64,000 nucleotides of DNA, taken from contig CAWHAE010000012.1 of assembly GCA_963827235.1 (NCBI GenBank), forward strand, positions 96,001 to 160,000, given 5' to 3'. This DNA comes from an uncultured bacterium. Its GTDB lineage: Bacteria; Chloroflexota; UBA5177; JANWHV01. A model generated the notes under the pieces. It saw nothing but the letters and a program-made list of their open reading frames with translations, made no database searches and was not told the DNA's origin. The position numbers and the translations under genes were made by a program. This document shows positions 50,055 to 59,053 of the stretch, in pieces. Numbering within the stretch: the stretch's first letter is position 1; every line of letters starts with the position of its first letter.

Positions 50055-50131
50055 TGTCATAGAAGTGTTCTGCCCGTGTCATACAGTTGTCACTCGTCGA
50101 TCACTTGAGCGTCATGGCGTTCCCATAGCCT
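50055..50131 (+). promoter_or_regulatory. PhoB-type box array (TGTCA repeats, 11-bp period) plus -10
   Basis: TGTCAT (50055), TGTTCT (50066), TGTCAT (50077), TGTCAC (50088), GATCAC (50099), CGTCAT (50110), then 10 nt, then TAGCCT. Confidence 0.6.
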
Positions 50132-50293
50132 GGAAGATGAACCACGTGACGGCGCTTACCAATAGCGGGCAAGCGTCCTTGTCCGCACGGCAGACATCTC
50201 ACACGGCGCGACGCCTCACTGTCGCCTCGCAGCCTGCCGTGCCGGCCGGCAAGACGAGCTCTCGCACCACTTTGAACGGCAGGTAAAACGAGC

Positions 50294-52582
50294 ATGGCGA
50301 GTCTAGACTCCAACGAATATCCGGCGGACGGAGCCCTGGTCGGCGACGACGGGCGTTCCCGCGGACGCCTGATCGCGGTGCCCTGGCACCGTCTGTTGCT
50401 GGCGGCGATCCTGGCGTTCTCGGGCTGGCTCGACTTCGCGCAGCTCGACCGCTACGGCTACGGCAACTCATACTACGCGGCGGCAGTGCGCAGCATGATG
50501 CAAAGCTGGCACAACTTCTTCTTCGCCTCGTTCGATCCGGGCGGTTTCGTGACCATCGACAAGCCGCCGGTCGGCTTCTGGTTCCAGGTGCTCAGCGCCA
50601 AGATATTCGGCTATAGCGGTGTCAGCCTGCTGCTGCCCTCGGCGCTGGCAGGCGTCCTATCCGTCTGGCTCCTCTACTACCTGGTGAATCGACGCTTCGG
50701 ACACGGTGCCGGCCTGCTGGCGGCGCTGGCGCTCGCCGTGACTCCGGTCGCCGTGGCCAGCAATCGCAGCAACATCATCGACAGCATTCTGGTGCTCTTC
50801 CTGCTTCTCGGCGCCTGGGCGGCGATCACGGCCGCGGAGCGCGGCAGCCTGGGACGGCTGTTGCTCTGCGCGCTCTTCGTCGGTATCGGTTTCAACGTCA
50901 AGATGCTCGAGGCCTACCTTGTGGTGCCTGCCTTTGGCGTGACCTATCTCCTGGGCGCGCACCGCTCCTGGTGGACGCGTATCCGGCATCTGCTGCTTGC
51001 CACGGTCGTGCTGCTTGCCGTGTCGCTGTCCTGGGCCGTGGCCGTAGACCTTACACCTGCCGGCCAGCGGCCGTGGGTGGATTCCACCAGCACCAATTCC
51101 GAGCTGGATCTCGCCCTTGGCTATAACGGGCTCGACCGTCTCCTGGGCATGCACGGCATGGGTGGCCGCGGCGGCCCCAGTGGGAGCTTCGACTTCCAGC
51201 GCCCGGCGCTTTCGGACAGCGGAGTTCGCCTTTCCCGTATCAATCCTGCGCTCGGCCTGGGTGTTCAGTCCGGCGGCGCATCGCCGTCCCAACCGGGCGC
51301 CGGCTCGTTCGACGGCCAGCTTGTTCCGCGGGGCTCGGACTCGTCCCGGTTCGGCGGCGAATTCTCCCGCAGCTTCAATCGAGCTTTCACAGGCGGTCAG
51401 CGCCCCGGCAACGGCGGCGGCATGTTCGACAACGGTACGGCAGGCCCGTTCCGCCTGCTCGGTCAGGCGCTGGGCGGCCAGGCCGGCTGGCTGCTTCCCC
51501 TGGCGGTGCTTGGTCTCCTGGCGGCCGCCAGCAGGCGCCGGATCCGTCTGCCCCTGGATGACCGGCAGCAGGGCATCCTGCTCTGGGGAATCTGGCTGCT
51601 CACCGCGGGCGCTTTCTTCAGCGTGGCCGGCTTCTTCCACAGCTACTACCTGGTGACCCTTGCCCCGGCGGTTGCCGCCCTGGCCGGTATCGGCGGCGCG
51701 GTGCTCTGGCGAGACTACGTGCGCCGCGGGTGGCGAGGCTGGCTGCTGCCGCTCGTGCTGCTGGCCACGGCCGCGGTGCAGGTATCGCTCCTGCAGCCGT
51801 ATGGTGACTGGAGCCGGTGGCTGGACCCGCTCATCCTTTGCGCGGTGGTCGGCGCCTCCGCGGTGCTGGTCGCCGGCCGCATGCGCCGTCCGGCGCGCCT
51901 GCGCCGAGCCGTGCGCCTCTGGACTCCGCTGGCCACGGTCGTGGGCCTGCTGGTACTGCTTGTCGCTCCGGCTGCCTGGTCCTACTACACGACGACGCAG
52001 GGCGGCGGCGGCATGACGCCGGTTGCCGGGCCCTCCGTGGGCGGTTTCGGCTCCGCCGGTGGCCGTGGCGGATTCGGCGGCGGCCTCGGCGGCGATCGGG
52101 GAGGCAGCGACAGTGAGCTGCTCACCTACCTGGAGCAGCACCAGGGAAGCACCAAATACCTGGTAGCCGTGCAGAACTCCAACAGCGCAGCGTCGTATGT
52201 GATCCAGACCGGCAAGCCGGTCATGTCGCTGGGCGGCTTCAGCGGCAGCGATCCTGTCTTGACCTTGAGTGAGCTTCAGCAGCTAGTGAAAGAGAACGTC
52301 GTGCGCTACTTCCTTGGCGTCGGAGGCTTTAGCGGCAACAACGACATCGGGCAGTGGGTGCAGAGCGCCTGCACGGCCGTGACGCTGAGCGGTAGCAGCA
52401 GCTCGTCCCAGCCGTCGGGCACGTCCGCCGGCGGCAGCTCCGGTGCCTCGCTGGGCAACGCGGGCGGAGCCACCCAGCCCGGACCCGGCGGTCCTGGAGG
52501 CGGTGCCGGCGGGCTCAGCTCCGGTGGCGGATTCGGCGGCTCCGGCGGCCAGCTCTATGACTGCGCGCACGCGGTGTCCTGA
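50294..52582 (+). CDS. GT39/ArnT-like (YkcB-type) membrane glycosyltransferase
   Basis: NSYYAAAV.SM..SWHNFFFASFD, DKPP, GFNVKMLEA, GYNG, YYLV, MSLGGFSG. Gly-rich inserts. Confidence 0.88.
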   Translation: MASLDSNEYPADGALVGDDGRSRGRLIAVPWHRLLLAAILAFSGWLDFAQLDRYGYGNSYYAAAVRSMMQSWHNFFFASFDPGGFVTIDKPPVGFWFQVLSAKIFGYSGVSLLLPSALAGVLSVWLLYYLVNRRFGHGAGLLAALALAVTPVAVASNRSNIIDSILVLFLLLGAWAAITAAERGSLGRLLLCALFVGIGFNVKMLEAYLVVPAFGVTYLLGAHRSWWTRIRHLLLATVVLLAVSLSWAVAVDLTPAGQRPWVDSTSTNSELDLALGYNGLDRLLGMHGMGGRGGPSGSFDFQRPALSDSGVRLSRINPALGLGVQSGGASPSQPGAGSFDGQLVPRGSDSSRFGGEFSRSFNRAFTGGQRPGNGGGMFDNGTAGPFRLLGQALGGQAGWLLPLAVLGLLAAASRRRIRLPLDDRQQGILLWGIWLLTAGAFFSVAGFFHSYYLVTLAPAVAALAGIGGAVLWRDYVRRGWRGWLLPLVLLATAAVQVSLLQPYGDWSRWLDPLILCAVVGASAVLVAGRMRRPARLRRAVRLWTPLATVVGLLVLLVAPAAWSYYTTTQGGGGMTPVAGPSVGGFGSAGGRGGFGGGLGGDRGGSDSELLTYLEQHQGSTKYLVAVQNSNSAASYVIQTGKPVMSLGGFSGSDPVLTLSELQQLVKENVVRYFLGVGGFSGNNDIGQWVQSACTAVTLSGSSSSSQPSGTSAGGSSGASLGNAGGATQPGPGGPGGGAGGLSSGGGFGGSGGQLYDCAHAVS

Positions 52583-55104
52583 TGGCAAGCATTATCGTCG
52601 ATGAGGTCCCTGCCGCGGCAGGACAAGCAGAGCGCCTGGAGGCAGTGTCGCAACGGCGCGTCCTGCCTCTCTGGTGGCCCCGCGTGGCGCTGGCGCCGAT
52701 TCTGGTACTGGCAGGCGTACTGGAGTTCGCGGGTCTGACCGATGAGGGCTACGCGAACTCCTACTACGCGGCCGCCGTCAAGAGCATGCTGACCAGCTGG
52801 CACAACTTCTTCTTTGCCTCGTTCGACTCGGGCGGCTTTGTCAGCGTGGACAAGCCGCCCCTCGGCCTGTGGGTCGAGGTCGCGAGCGCCAAGCTCTTCG
52901 GTTTCAGCAGTTTCAGCATCCTGGCACCCGAGGCGCTGGCCGGCGTGCTCTCGGTGGGCCTGCTGTACCTGCTCGTGGCCCGTCCGTTTGGGCCGGTCGC
53001 CGGGCTCGCCGCCGCGCTGGCCCTGGCCATCACACCGATCACCGTGATCACGGACCGGAACAACACCATCGACAGCCTGCTGATCCTCACCATGTTGCTG
53101 GCATGCCGTGCCGGGATCGCGGCGGCGAACAGCGGGCGGTTGCGGTACCTCGCCCTGGCGGCGGCGCTGGTGGGACTCGGCTTCAACATCAAGATGATGC
53201 AGGCCTATCTCGTGGTGCCCGGCTTGGCGCTCATGTATTTGCTGGGAGCGCCGCGCTCCTGGAAGGCTCGCCTCGGTCACCTGGCCTGCGCGCTGCTCGT
53301 CCTGATCGTCGTCTCGCTGGCCTGGCTGGTGGCAGTAGACATGACGCCGGCATCGGCGCGCCCGTTCGTGAGCGATAGCGGTACCAACTCGGAGCTCAGC
53401 CTCGCCCTCGGCTACAACGGATTGGGACGCGTCACGCAGGCTCTGTTCTCGGGCCTCTCCGGCGTACACGTCTTCGGCATCACCATCGACCTCAACGTCG
53501 TGCCGGCCTTCGCGCCGGAGATCGGCAACCCGGGTCTCAACCGATTGGTGACGCCGGTCATCGCCGAGCAGGCAAGCTGGTTCTTGCCGCTGGCCCTTGG
53601 CGGCCTGCTCGCCGCCTTGATCGGGCTGCGCTGGCGTCTGCCGCTCGACGAGCGCGGCCAATCCGTCGTGCTGTGGGCCGGCTGGCTGGCTGCGGCCTGC
53701 ATCTTCTTCAGCACCGGTCGCTTCTTTCACCTGTACTACCTGGTGATGCTGGCGCCGCCCGTGGCGGCGATGGCAGGGATCGGCGTGGCATCGCTGTGGC
53801 GCTTGTTCGCCCGCGGAGCCTTCGGCGGACGAGGGATCAGCCGCCTGCTCGGTTGGCTGCTGCCGGCCGCGCTGCTGGGTACCGCGTACTTCCAGCTCAC
53901 CCTCGCGCGGGCCTACCCAGATTGGGGAAGCTGGCTGCAGCCGTTGCTCATCGGGGGCTCGATTCTTGCCGCGTTGGCGTTGGCATTGGCGCTGTTGCGC
54001 GTGTACGTGGAGGTCGCGCCGGGCGTCGTGCTGGGAGCCACGCGGGCCTGGGCCGGCACCGCGGTTGCCGTCGGCCTGCTGGCCCTGGTAGTGGCGCCTG
54101 CGTCCTGGTCGTCGCAGGCGGTGGCGGCCGGGCAGGGCAGCGCGTGGCTGCCCCAGGTCGGTCCCGGCGGTGGAAGCCCGGGCGGTGGCTTCGGTGGCGG
54201 CGGATTTCAGGGTGGGCGAAACGGTTTCGGCCAGGGCGCCGGCAGCCAGAACGGCGGCTTCGGCGGCCCCGGCCAGAGCGGGAACGGCTCAACCGGCGGC
54301 GGAGCCGGGGTGCCGGGCCAGGCCGCCAGCAGCCCAGGCAGCGCATCTGGCGGACCCGGGCAGCTTACGGGCGGTTCGAGCAGCGGATCCGGCGGTAATG
54401 GTCAGCCAACGGGAGGCGCCGGGGCTGCCGGCGGCAGCTCGGTCCGGCAGCCGGCGGGCAGTGCTACCGGCAGTTCCGGGTGGTCTAGCCGGGGCGGCAG
54501 CAGCTCCTCGAGCGGGCAGCAAGGCGGATCGCGGCAGCAGTCCGCCGCCGGCGGTGGTTTCGGTGGCGGCTTTGGCGGTGGACGCGGCGGAGGCGGCAGT
54601 GCATTCGCCGGCGGCACCATGACGTTTGCCGGAAACCAGATACCAACGCTGGACTCGAAGCTGGTGGACTATCTGTTGGCAAACCAGCACGGCGCCAAGT
54701 TCCTCGTGGCCACTGCCACCTCGTCCTATGCCAGCCTGTTCATTCTGCAGACGAACCAGCCGGCAATGGCGCTCGGCGGTTATCAGGGCTGGGATCGCAT
54801 TCTCACGCCTGCCACGCTCGCCCGGGCGGTAGCCAGCAATACCGTGCGCTTCTTCTACATCTCAGCCGAGCGCGGCGCCGGACAGTCCTCCGGGACCGGC
54901 GGCGCACAGAGCACTGCGAGCAGCCGCCAGCTTCCCGGCGACAGCGATGCGACCGCCGATCTCACGCAATGGGTGGTAGCGCATTGCAAAGCCGTATCGT
55001 CCAGCACCTACCAGGGCACGTCGAGCACTGCCGCTGGAGGAGGCAGGGACTTCGGCGGAGGCGGACTGCAGCTCTACAGTTGTGCGAGCCTCGTGAAGCA
55101 GTAG
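52582..55104 (+). CDS. GT39/ArnT-like (YkcB-type) membrane glycosyltransferase, tandem paralog
   Basis: Same motif set as the upstream gene. TGATG coupling. Long Gly/Ser low-complexity insert. Confidence 0.88.
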   Translation: MASIIVDEVPAAAGQAERLEAVSQRRVLPLWWPRVALAPILVLAGVLEFAGLTDEGYANSYYAAAVKSMLTSWHNFFFASFDSGGFVSVDKPPLGLWVEVASAKLFGFSSFSILAPEALAGVLSVGLLYLLVARPFGPVAGLAAALALAITPITVITDRNNTIDSLLILTMLLACRAGIAAANSGRLRYLALAAALVGLGFNIKMMQAYLVVPGLALMYLLGAPRSWKARLGHLACALLVLIVVSLAWLVAVDMTPASARPFVSDSGTNSELSLALGYNGLGRVTQALFSGLSGVHVFGITIDLNVVPAFAPEIGNPGLNRLVTPVIAEQASWFLPLALGGLLAALIGLRWRLPLDERGQSVVLWAGWLAAACIFFSTGRFFHLYYLVMLAPPVAAMAGIGVASLWRLFARGAFGGRGISRLLGWLLPAALLGTAYFQLTLARAYPDWGSWLQPLLIGGSILAALALALALLRVYVEVAPGVVLGATRAWAGTAVAVGLLALVVAPASWSSQAVAAGQGSAWLPQVGPGGGSPGGGFGGGGFQGGRNGFGQGAGSQNGGFGGPGQSGNGSTGGGAGVPGQAASSPGSASGGPGQLTGGSSSGSGGNGQPTGGAGAAGGSSVRQPAGSATGSSGWSSRGGSSSSSGQQGGSRQQSAAGGGFGGGFGGGRGGGGSAFAGGTMTFAGNQIPTLDSKLVDYLLANQHGAKFLVATATSSYASLFILQTNQPAMALGGYQGWDRILTPATLARAVASNTVRFFYISAERGAGQSSGTGGAQSTASSRQLPGDSDATADLTQWVVAHCKAVSSSTYQGTSSTAAGGGRDFGGGGLQLYSCASLVKQ

Positions 55105-55120
55105 GGCCGGATGCCGGCAC

Positions 55121-55864
55121 TCATCGAGGATAGATGCCGCCGTCGAGCCCAATGACCTGGTTGGTCAGGTAGCCGTTGCGCAGCACCGCCATTGCCAGAT
55201 CGGCCACCTCGTGCGGCTGACCGTACCGGCCGACCGGAATGGGAATGGCCGGGCCGCCGTCCGGAGCGGCGGGCAACATGCGCGTATGCTCGACCAGCGC
55301 CGGCGCGATAGCGTTGACGGTGACCCCGCGGCCGGCGACTCGCGCGGCGAGGTAGTGGAGCAGGCCGTGAAGTCCGGCCTTGGATGCCGCGTAATGCGCT
55401 CCTACCACACCGCCGGTGAACGCGGCGACGGACGACGTGAAGAGTACCCGTCCGTATCCGCGTGCCGCCATACCGGGCAGGACTGCCTGGGCGAGCAAGA
55501 ACGGTGCCCGGAGATTCACCGCCATGGTCGTATCCCAGATCTGCAGATCGATTTCGGCGTAGTCCCGCCGGGCGGAATAACCGGCGTTTGGGATCAGCAC
55601 GTCTATCGGTCCCAGGGCCGCGGTAGCCTGCTCGACCAGCAGGGCGGGCACCAGCGGGTCGGCGAGGTCTCCTGCCAGCGCCAGCGCCTCCAGGCCGGCG
55701 TCCCTTGCCTGCGCCAGCAGCGCATCGATCTCGTCGCGGTGGGCGCCGTAGGCAAAGGCCACGCGCACCCCTGCCTCGATCAGCCGCCGCCCCAGCGCCG
55801 CGCCTATCCCTCCCGAGGCGCCGGTCAGCAGCGCTGCGCGTCCCGCCAGATCGCCGTTCTCCAT
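55121..55864 (-). CDS. SDR family oxidoreductase
   Basis: TGASGGIG, NAG, YAASK. GGGAGG RBS before ATG 55864. Confidence 0.9.
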   Translation of the reverse strand: MENGDLAGRAALLTGASGGIGAALGRRLIEAGVRVAFAYGAHRDEIDALLAQARDAGLEALALAGDLADPLVPALLVEQATAALGPIDVLIPNAGYSARRDYAEIDLQIWDTTMAVNLRAPFLLAQAVLPGMAARGYGRVLFTSSVAAFTGGVVGAHYAASKAGLHGLLHYLAARVAGRGVTVNAIAPALVEHTRMLPAAPDGGPAIPIPVGRYGQPHEVADLAMAVLRNGYLTNQVIGLDGGIYPR

Positions 55865-56288
55865 CTTCGCCTCCCGGTTCATGGTCCAGCCGTGTACATA
55901 CCCACTATACGCTCGTACCGGGAGTCTCCGCCTCCTGTGCGGAGTAGCCGCTGCCGGGCGATCCGGGCCCAACAATTGGGTTGTGCGTACCCCCGCACGA
56001 AGCCCGTGGTCTGCCGGCCCTTCATGCTCACAGTGCTCGGACTTCGCGGTGCCTGCGTGTCGCCCAAACGGTATAGTCGCCGACGGCGCCGCAACAGCGC
56101 CGTCGGCGACTGAAACCTCTGTCGCGCATCGACCACGACCCACTGCGGTGGGTACGGCCGGTACGTTCGTGCCCTACGCTCGAGGCTCTTGCCTACCCCG
56201 GACAACAGTCCCCCCAAGCGCCGCCATGGCGATCGCAATCGCAGGCCGCCATCCCCCGTCCAGCCGGCCACAGCCGCGGAGCCTGCCG

Positions 56289-58397
56289 CTACGGTGCCTG
56301 GGCAGCCTGTACCGGTACAGACTGCACGACCGGCGCGGCGGTATCGTACTGTGAGTTTCCGGCTTCGTTCGCCACCACGGTGCACGTGCCCACGTCGGTC
56401 GGCGTCAGGGTGACGCCGTCCGCCCCCAGCTTGCACGCGCCGCTCGTCGTCAGCATTACGGGCTGGCCCGAGGCTCCCGGATGCGTGACCACTAGCACTG
56501 GCAGTCCGACCGTCAGGTTGGGAAGCTGGTAGATGGTCAGCGTCTGCACGCCCGCGGTTACCGTGATCGTGGTAGTCTCCGTTACCGGCACGTAGCTTGT
56601 CAGATCGCCCGGCGTGAAGGTCGCCGTCAGCACCTGGCTTACCCCAACCGGCAGAACCGTGCCCGCGGCGGGCGCGTAGCTGAAGATGCCCGACACGGGC
56701 GCCGTGGCGTCGAGCTGGTTCGCTCCCAGCGCCGTGCCATGCTTGATGTCGGCGGGACTCGGCCAGGTGATGGCCGGCGCCTCCGGCAAGATCCTGAACG
56801 TTACCGGCTCGGAGTTGAAGCTCATGTAGCCGTTCCCGCCGGGCATGAAGACGCTCACTGTGCAGGTGCCGACGGCGGTCAGGATCACGTGCATGCCGTC
56901 TGTGGTCGTGCATTGTCCCGTTACCCAGAGCGAGGTCGGCGTGCCTCCGGGAATGCTCGTGCCGGTGATCAGGACGGCGGGGTCGCCCAGGTGGTGGTCG
57001 GGTATGGCGTCGATCACATAGTACTCGGGCAGGAGCCTGGTGGCTGCAGCTGCGCCCGAGGGCTCATAGGCGCCGATGGCGCAGGCACCGGCCGACCGGC
57101 TATGGCCGCGCTGGTCGACGCCGCCGACTGGCTCGGCCAGGCAGATCGACGTCAATCCGGCACCCGTGGCGGCGCTGCCTGTTTCCAGCGCCATCGTCTC
57201 GGTCGGGCCTCCGTTGTCGGCCAGTGCACCCAGCAGCGGATCGCCGAATACATCGTGGCTTGCGGACGAGAAGCCGCAGCTATTCGAGGGATGCTCGAGA
57301 TTGCCGCCGAGGTCGGTGAGAGTTCCATCGGCGATGCTGCAAGCGTCGAGTGCGCCGCCATCCGCGCTGTTGGACACGATCGTGTTGCCGATCGAGGTCG
57401 TCCCTCCCCTGATCGCGAATACAGATCCCGCAGGGGCACTGTTGGCGTCGAACGTGCTATTGAGTATCGTGGCGTTGACCCAGGTCCGGATGGCGCCGCC
57501 GGCAGAATCCCCGCCGGCGGGAGTGAACACTGCGTTGCCGATCACGGCCTGCGGAGTACCGTATGACTCCGTCTCGATGGAGTTGCCGGTGAACGTGCTG
57601 TTGGCCACGCTCAATGTCGCGTCACTGGGACCGTCCATCTCGATTGCGCCGCCCAATCTAGCGCTGTTGTCGACGAACGTGCTCTCGAGCACTTCGACGC
57701 TTCCGGCGTGGGCTTCCATGTCGATGGCGCCGCCGATCTCTTCGCCTGCTGCGTTGTTGGCGAAGGTCACGTTGCGCGCGATCACGGTGGCTTCACCATC
57801 CTCAGCCCGTACGGCGCTCAGGCCGTAGGCCAGCGTGATGTTCTGCAGGGTGAGCGACGCGTCCTGCATGTCGAAGATGTCGATGGCATGATTGTCTCCG
57901 CTGATCGTGACGTCATACTTGCCGCCATCGGAGCCGTCGATGCTCACGTCGTCATCGCTCACAGAGATTGCTCGGTCGACCGCGCCCCCGATGACGGAAG
58001 TGGGGCTGAAGGACTGCGAGTCCGGCGTTTCGGCACTGTCGTTTCCGCCAGTCCCGGCGTGCGAGACATTCATGCGCACAGAGCTGAACTCTGACGTGCC
58101 TTGGGGCACGATGGTGTACGGGCCGCTCCCGCCGCTCAGCGTGGCATCGCAGTCAAAGGTGATGGTGTTGCCGTTGTCGAGCGCTCCACCCAGTCCGATG
58201 TCCGGAGTCGTCGCGTTCGGTAGGTATTGGCTATAGCCGCTGGTCGTACAATCGGTCACCACAACCGAGCTCGCGGCTGAGCGGACAACCGACACGCTCA
58301 GCATGCTCGCCGCCAGCAGCATCGCTACCAACAGCCGTATCGCCCGTCCAGCCCCGGCACCCTGTGCTGCGGTCGTTTTCATCCCGATTCGGGTCAT
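56289..58397 (-). CDS. Secreted beta-helix protein with choice-of-anchor Q domain and Ig-like repeats
   Basis: Signal peptide; GGAI / F..N repeats; GDPLLGALADNGGPT...DQRG...GAYE; two GTCTV-type repeats flanking PAITWPSPADI. Confidence 0.8.
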   Translation of the reverse strand: MTRIGMKTTAAQGAGAGRAIRLLVAMLLAASMLSVSVVRSAASSVVVTDCTTSGYSQYLPNATTPDIGLGGALDNGNTITFDCDATLSGGSGPYTIVPQGTSEFSSVRMNVSHAGTGGNDSAETPDSQSFSPTSVIGGAVDRAISVSDDDVSIDGSDGGKYDVTISGDNHAIDIFDMQDASLTLQNITLAYGLSAVRAEDGEATVIARNVTFANNAAGEEIGGAIDMEAHAGSVEVLESTFVDNSARLGGAIEMDGPSDATLSVANSTFTGNSIETESYGTPQAVIGNAVFTPAGGDSAGGAIRTWVNATILNSTFDANSAPAGSVFAIRGGTTSIGNTIVSNSADGGALDACSIADGTLTDLGGNLEHPSNSCGFSSASHDVFGDPLLGALADNGGPTETMALETGSAATGAGLTSICLAEPVGGVDQRGHSRSAGACAIGAYEPSGAAAATRLLPEYYVIDAIPDHHLGDPAVLITGTSIPGGTPTSLWVTGQCTTTDGMHVILTAVGTCTVSVFMPGGNGYMSFNSEPVTFRILPEAPAITWPSPADIKHGTALGANQLDATAPVSGIFSYAPAAGTVLPVGVSQVLTATFTPGDLTSYVPVTETTTITVTAGVQTLTIYQLPNLTVGLPVLVVTHPGASGQPVMLTTSGACKLGADGVTLTPTDVGTCTVVANEAGNSQYDTAAPVVQSVPVQAAQAP

Positions 58398-59053
58398 TCT
58401 CGTCAGTCCTCTGCAATCTCGCTTATTGTCGCTGCCATCAATCCCCGCCCCCGAGCGATCGGTCGCATGCGCAGACTCGAGATTCCCCACCTCGTGGACT
58501 GCCCTCGTTGCCGCTCAGGCCCGGTTTTCCCTGATCGTCGCCGCGTCGCTCCGACTATGCCGAAGCCTTGAAGACATGCCGGCGCGCAGACAACGGCCTG
58601 CAACCGCGCGCCCTGGTGCCGGCACCGCCGCTCTGACCCTCGCGCGGCGCAACACTCCTTTCCAATCACGGCCCGGTGCGTTCCTGCAGGACTCTGCGCC
58701 GACCGCGGTATGCCAACCGTCGCGTGGACAGCGCGCCGCGAGTATGCCGGACCGGGCGTGTCCGCATTTCGCGCCCACGGCGTCGCAGACCGACCATTTG
58801 TACACTGCAGGATACAGTATTGCTCAGCCTGTCTAGGCCAGGCAATGGGACATGTCCACGTCGTGATGTCGTGCAGGTGTGGCGGTTTCACCACGTTGGC
58901 AATGCTTGCCGGTATTTTGCGTCCCAGCCTATGGTGAAGTCACGCCGGTTTCCCCATGCGCGACGACGCTGATACCCCGGACTCCACTCCGCTCCTGCGG
59001 CTCGCACCTTGGCCTGAGTATAGTGGTAGCCCCGGTGTGGTCCATGCCTCGGG

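Noticed and set aside
54160-54620. GGC-rich repetitive DNA
   Set aside because: It encodes a Gly/Ser low-complexity linker. There are no repeat-spacer units, so it is not CRISPR or a mobile element.
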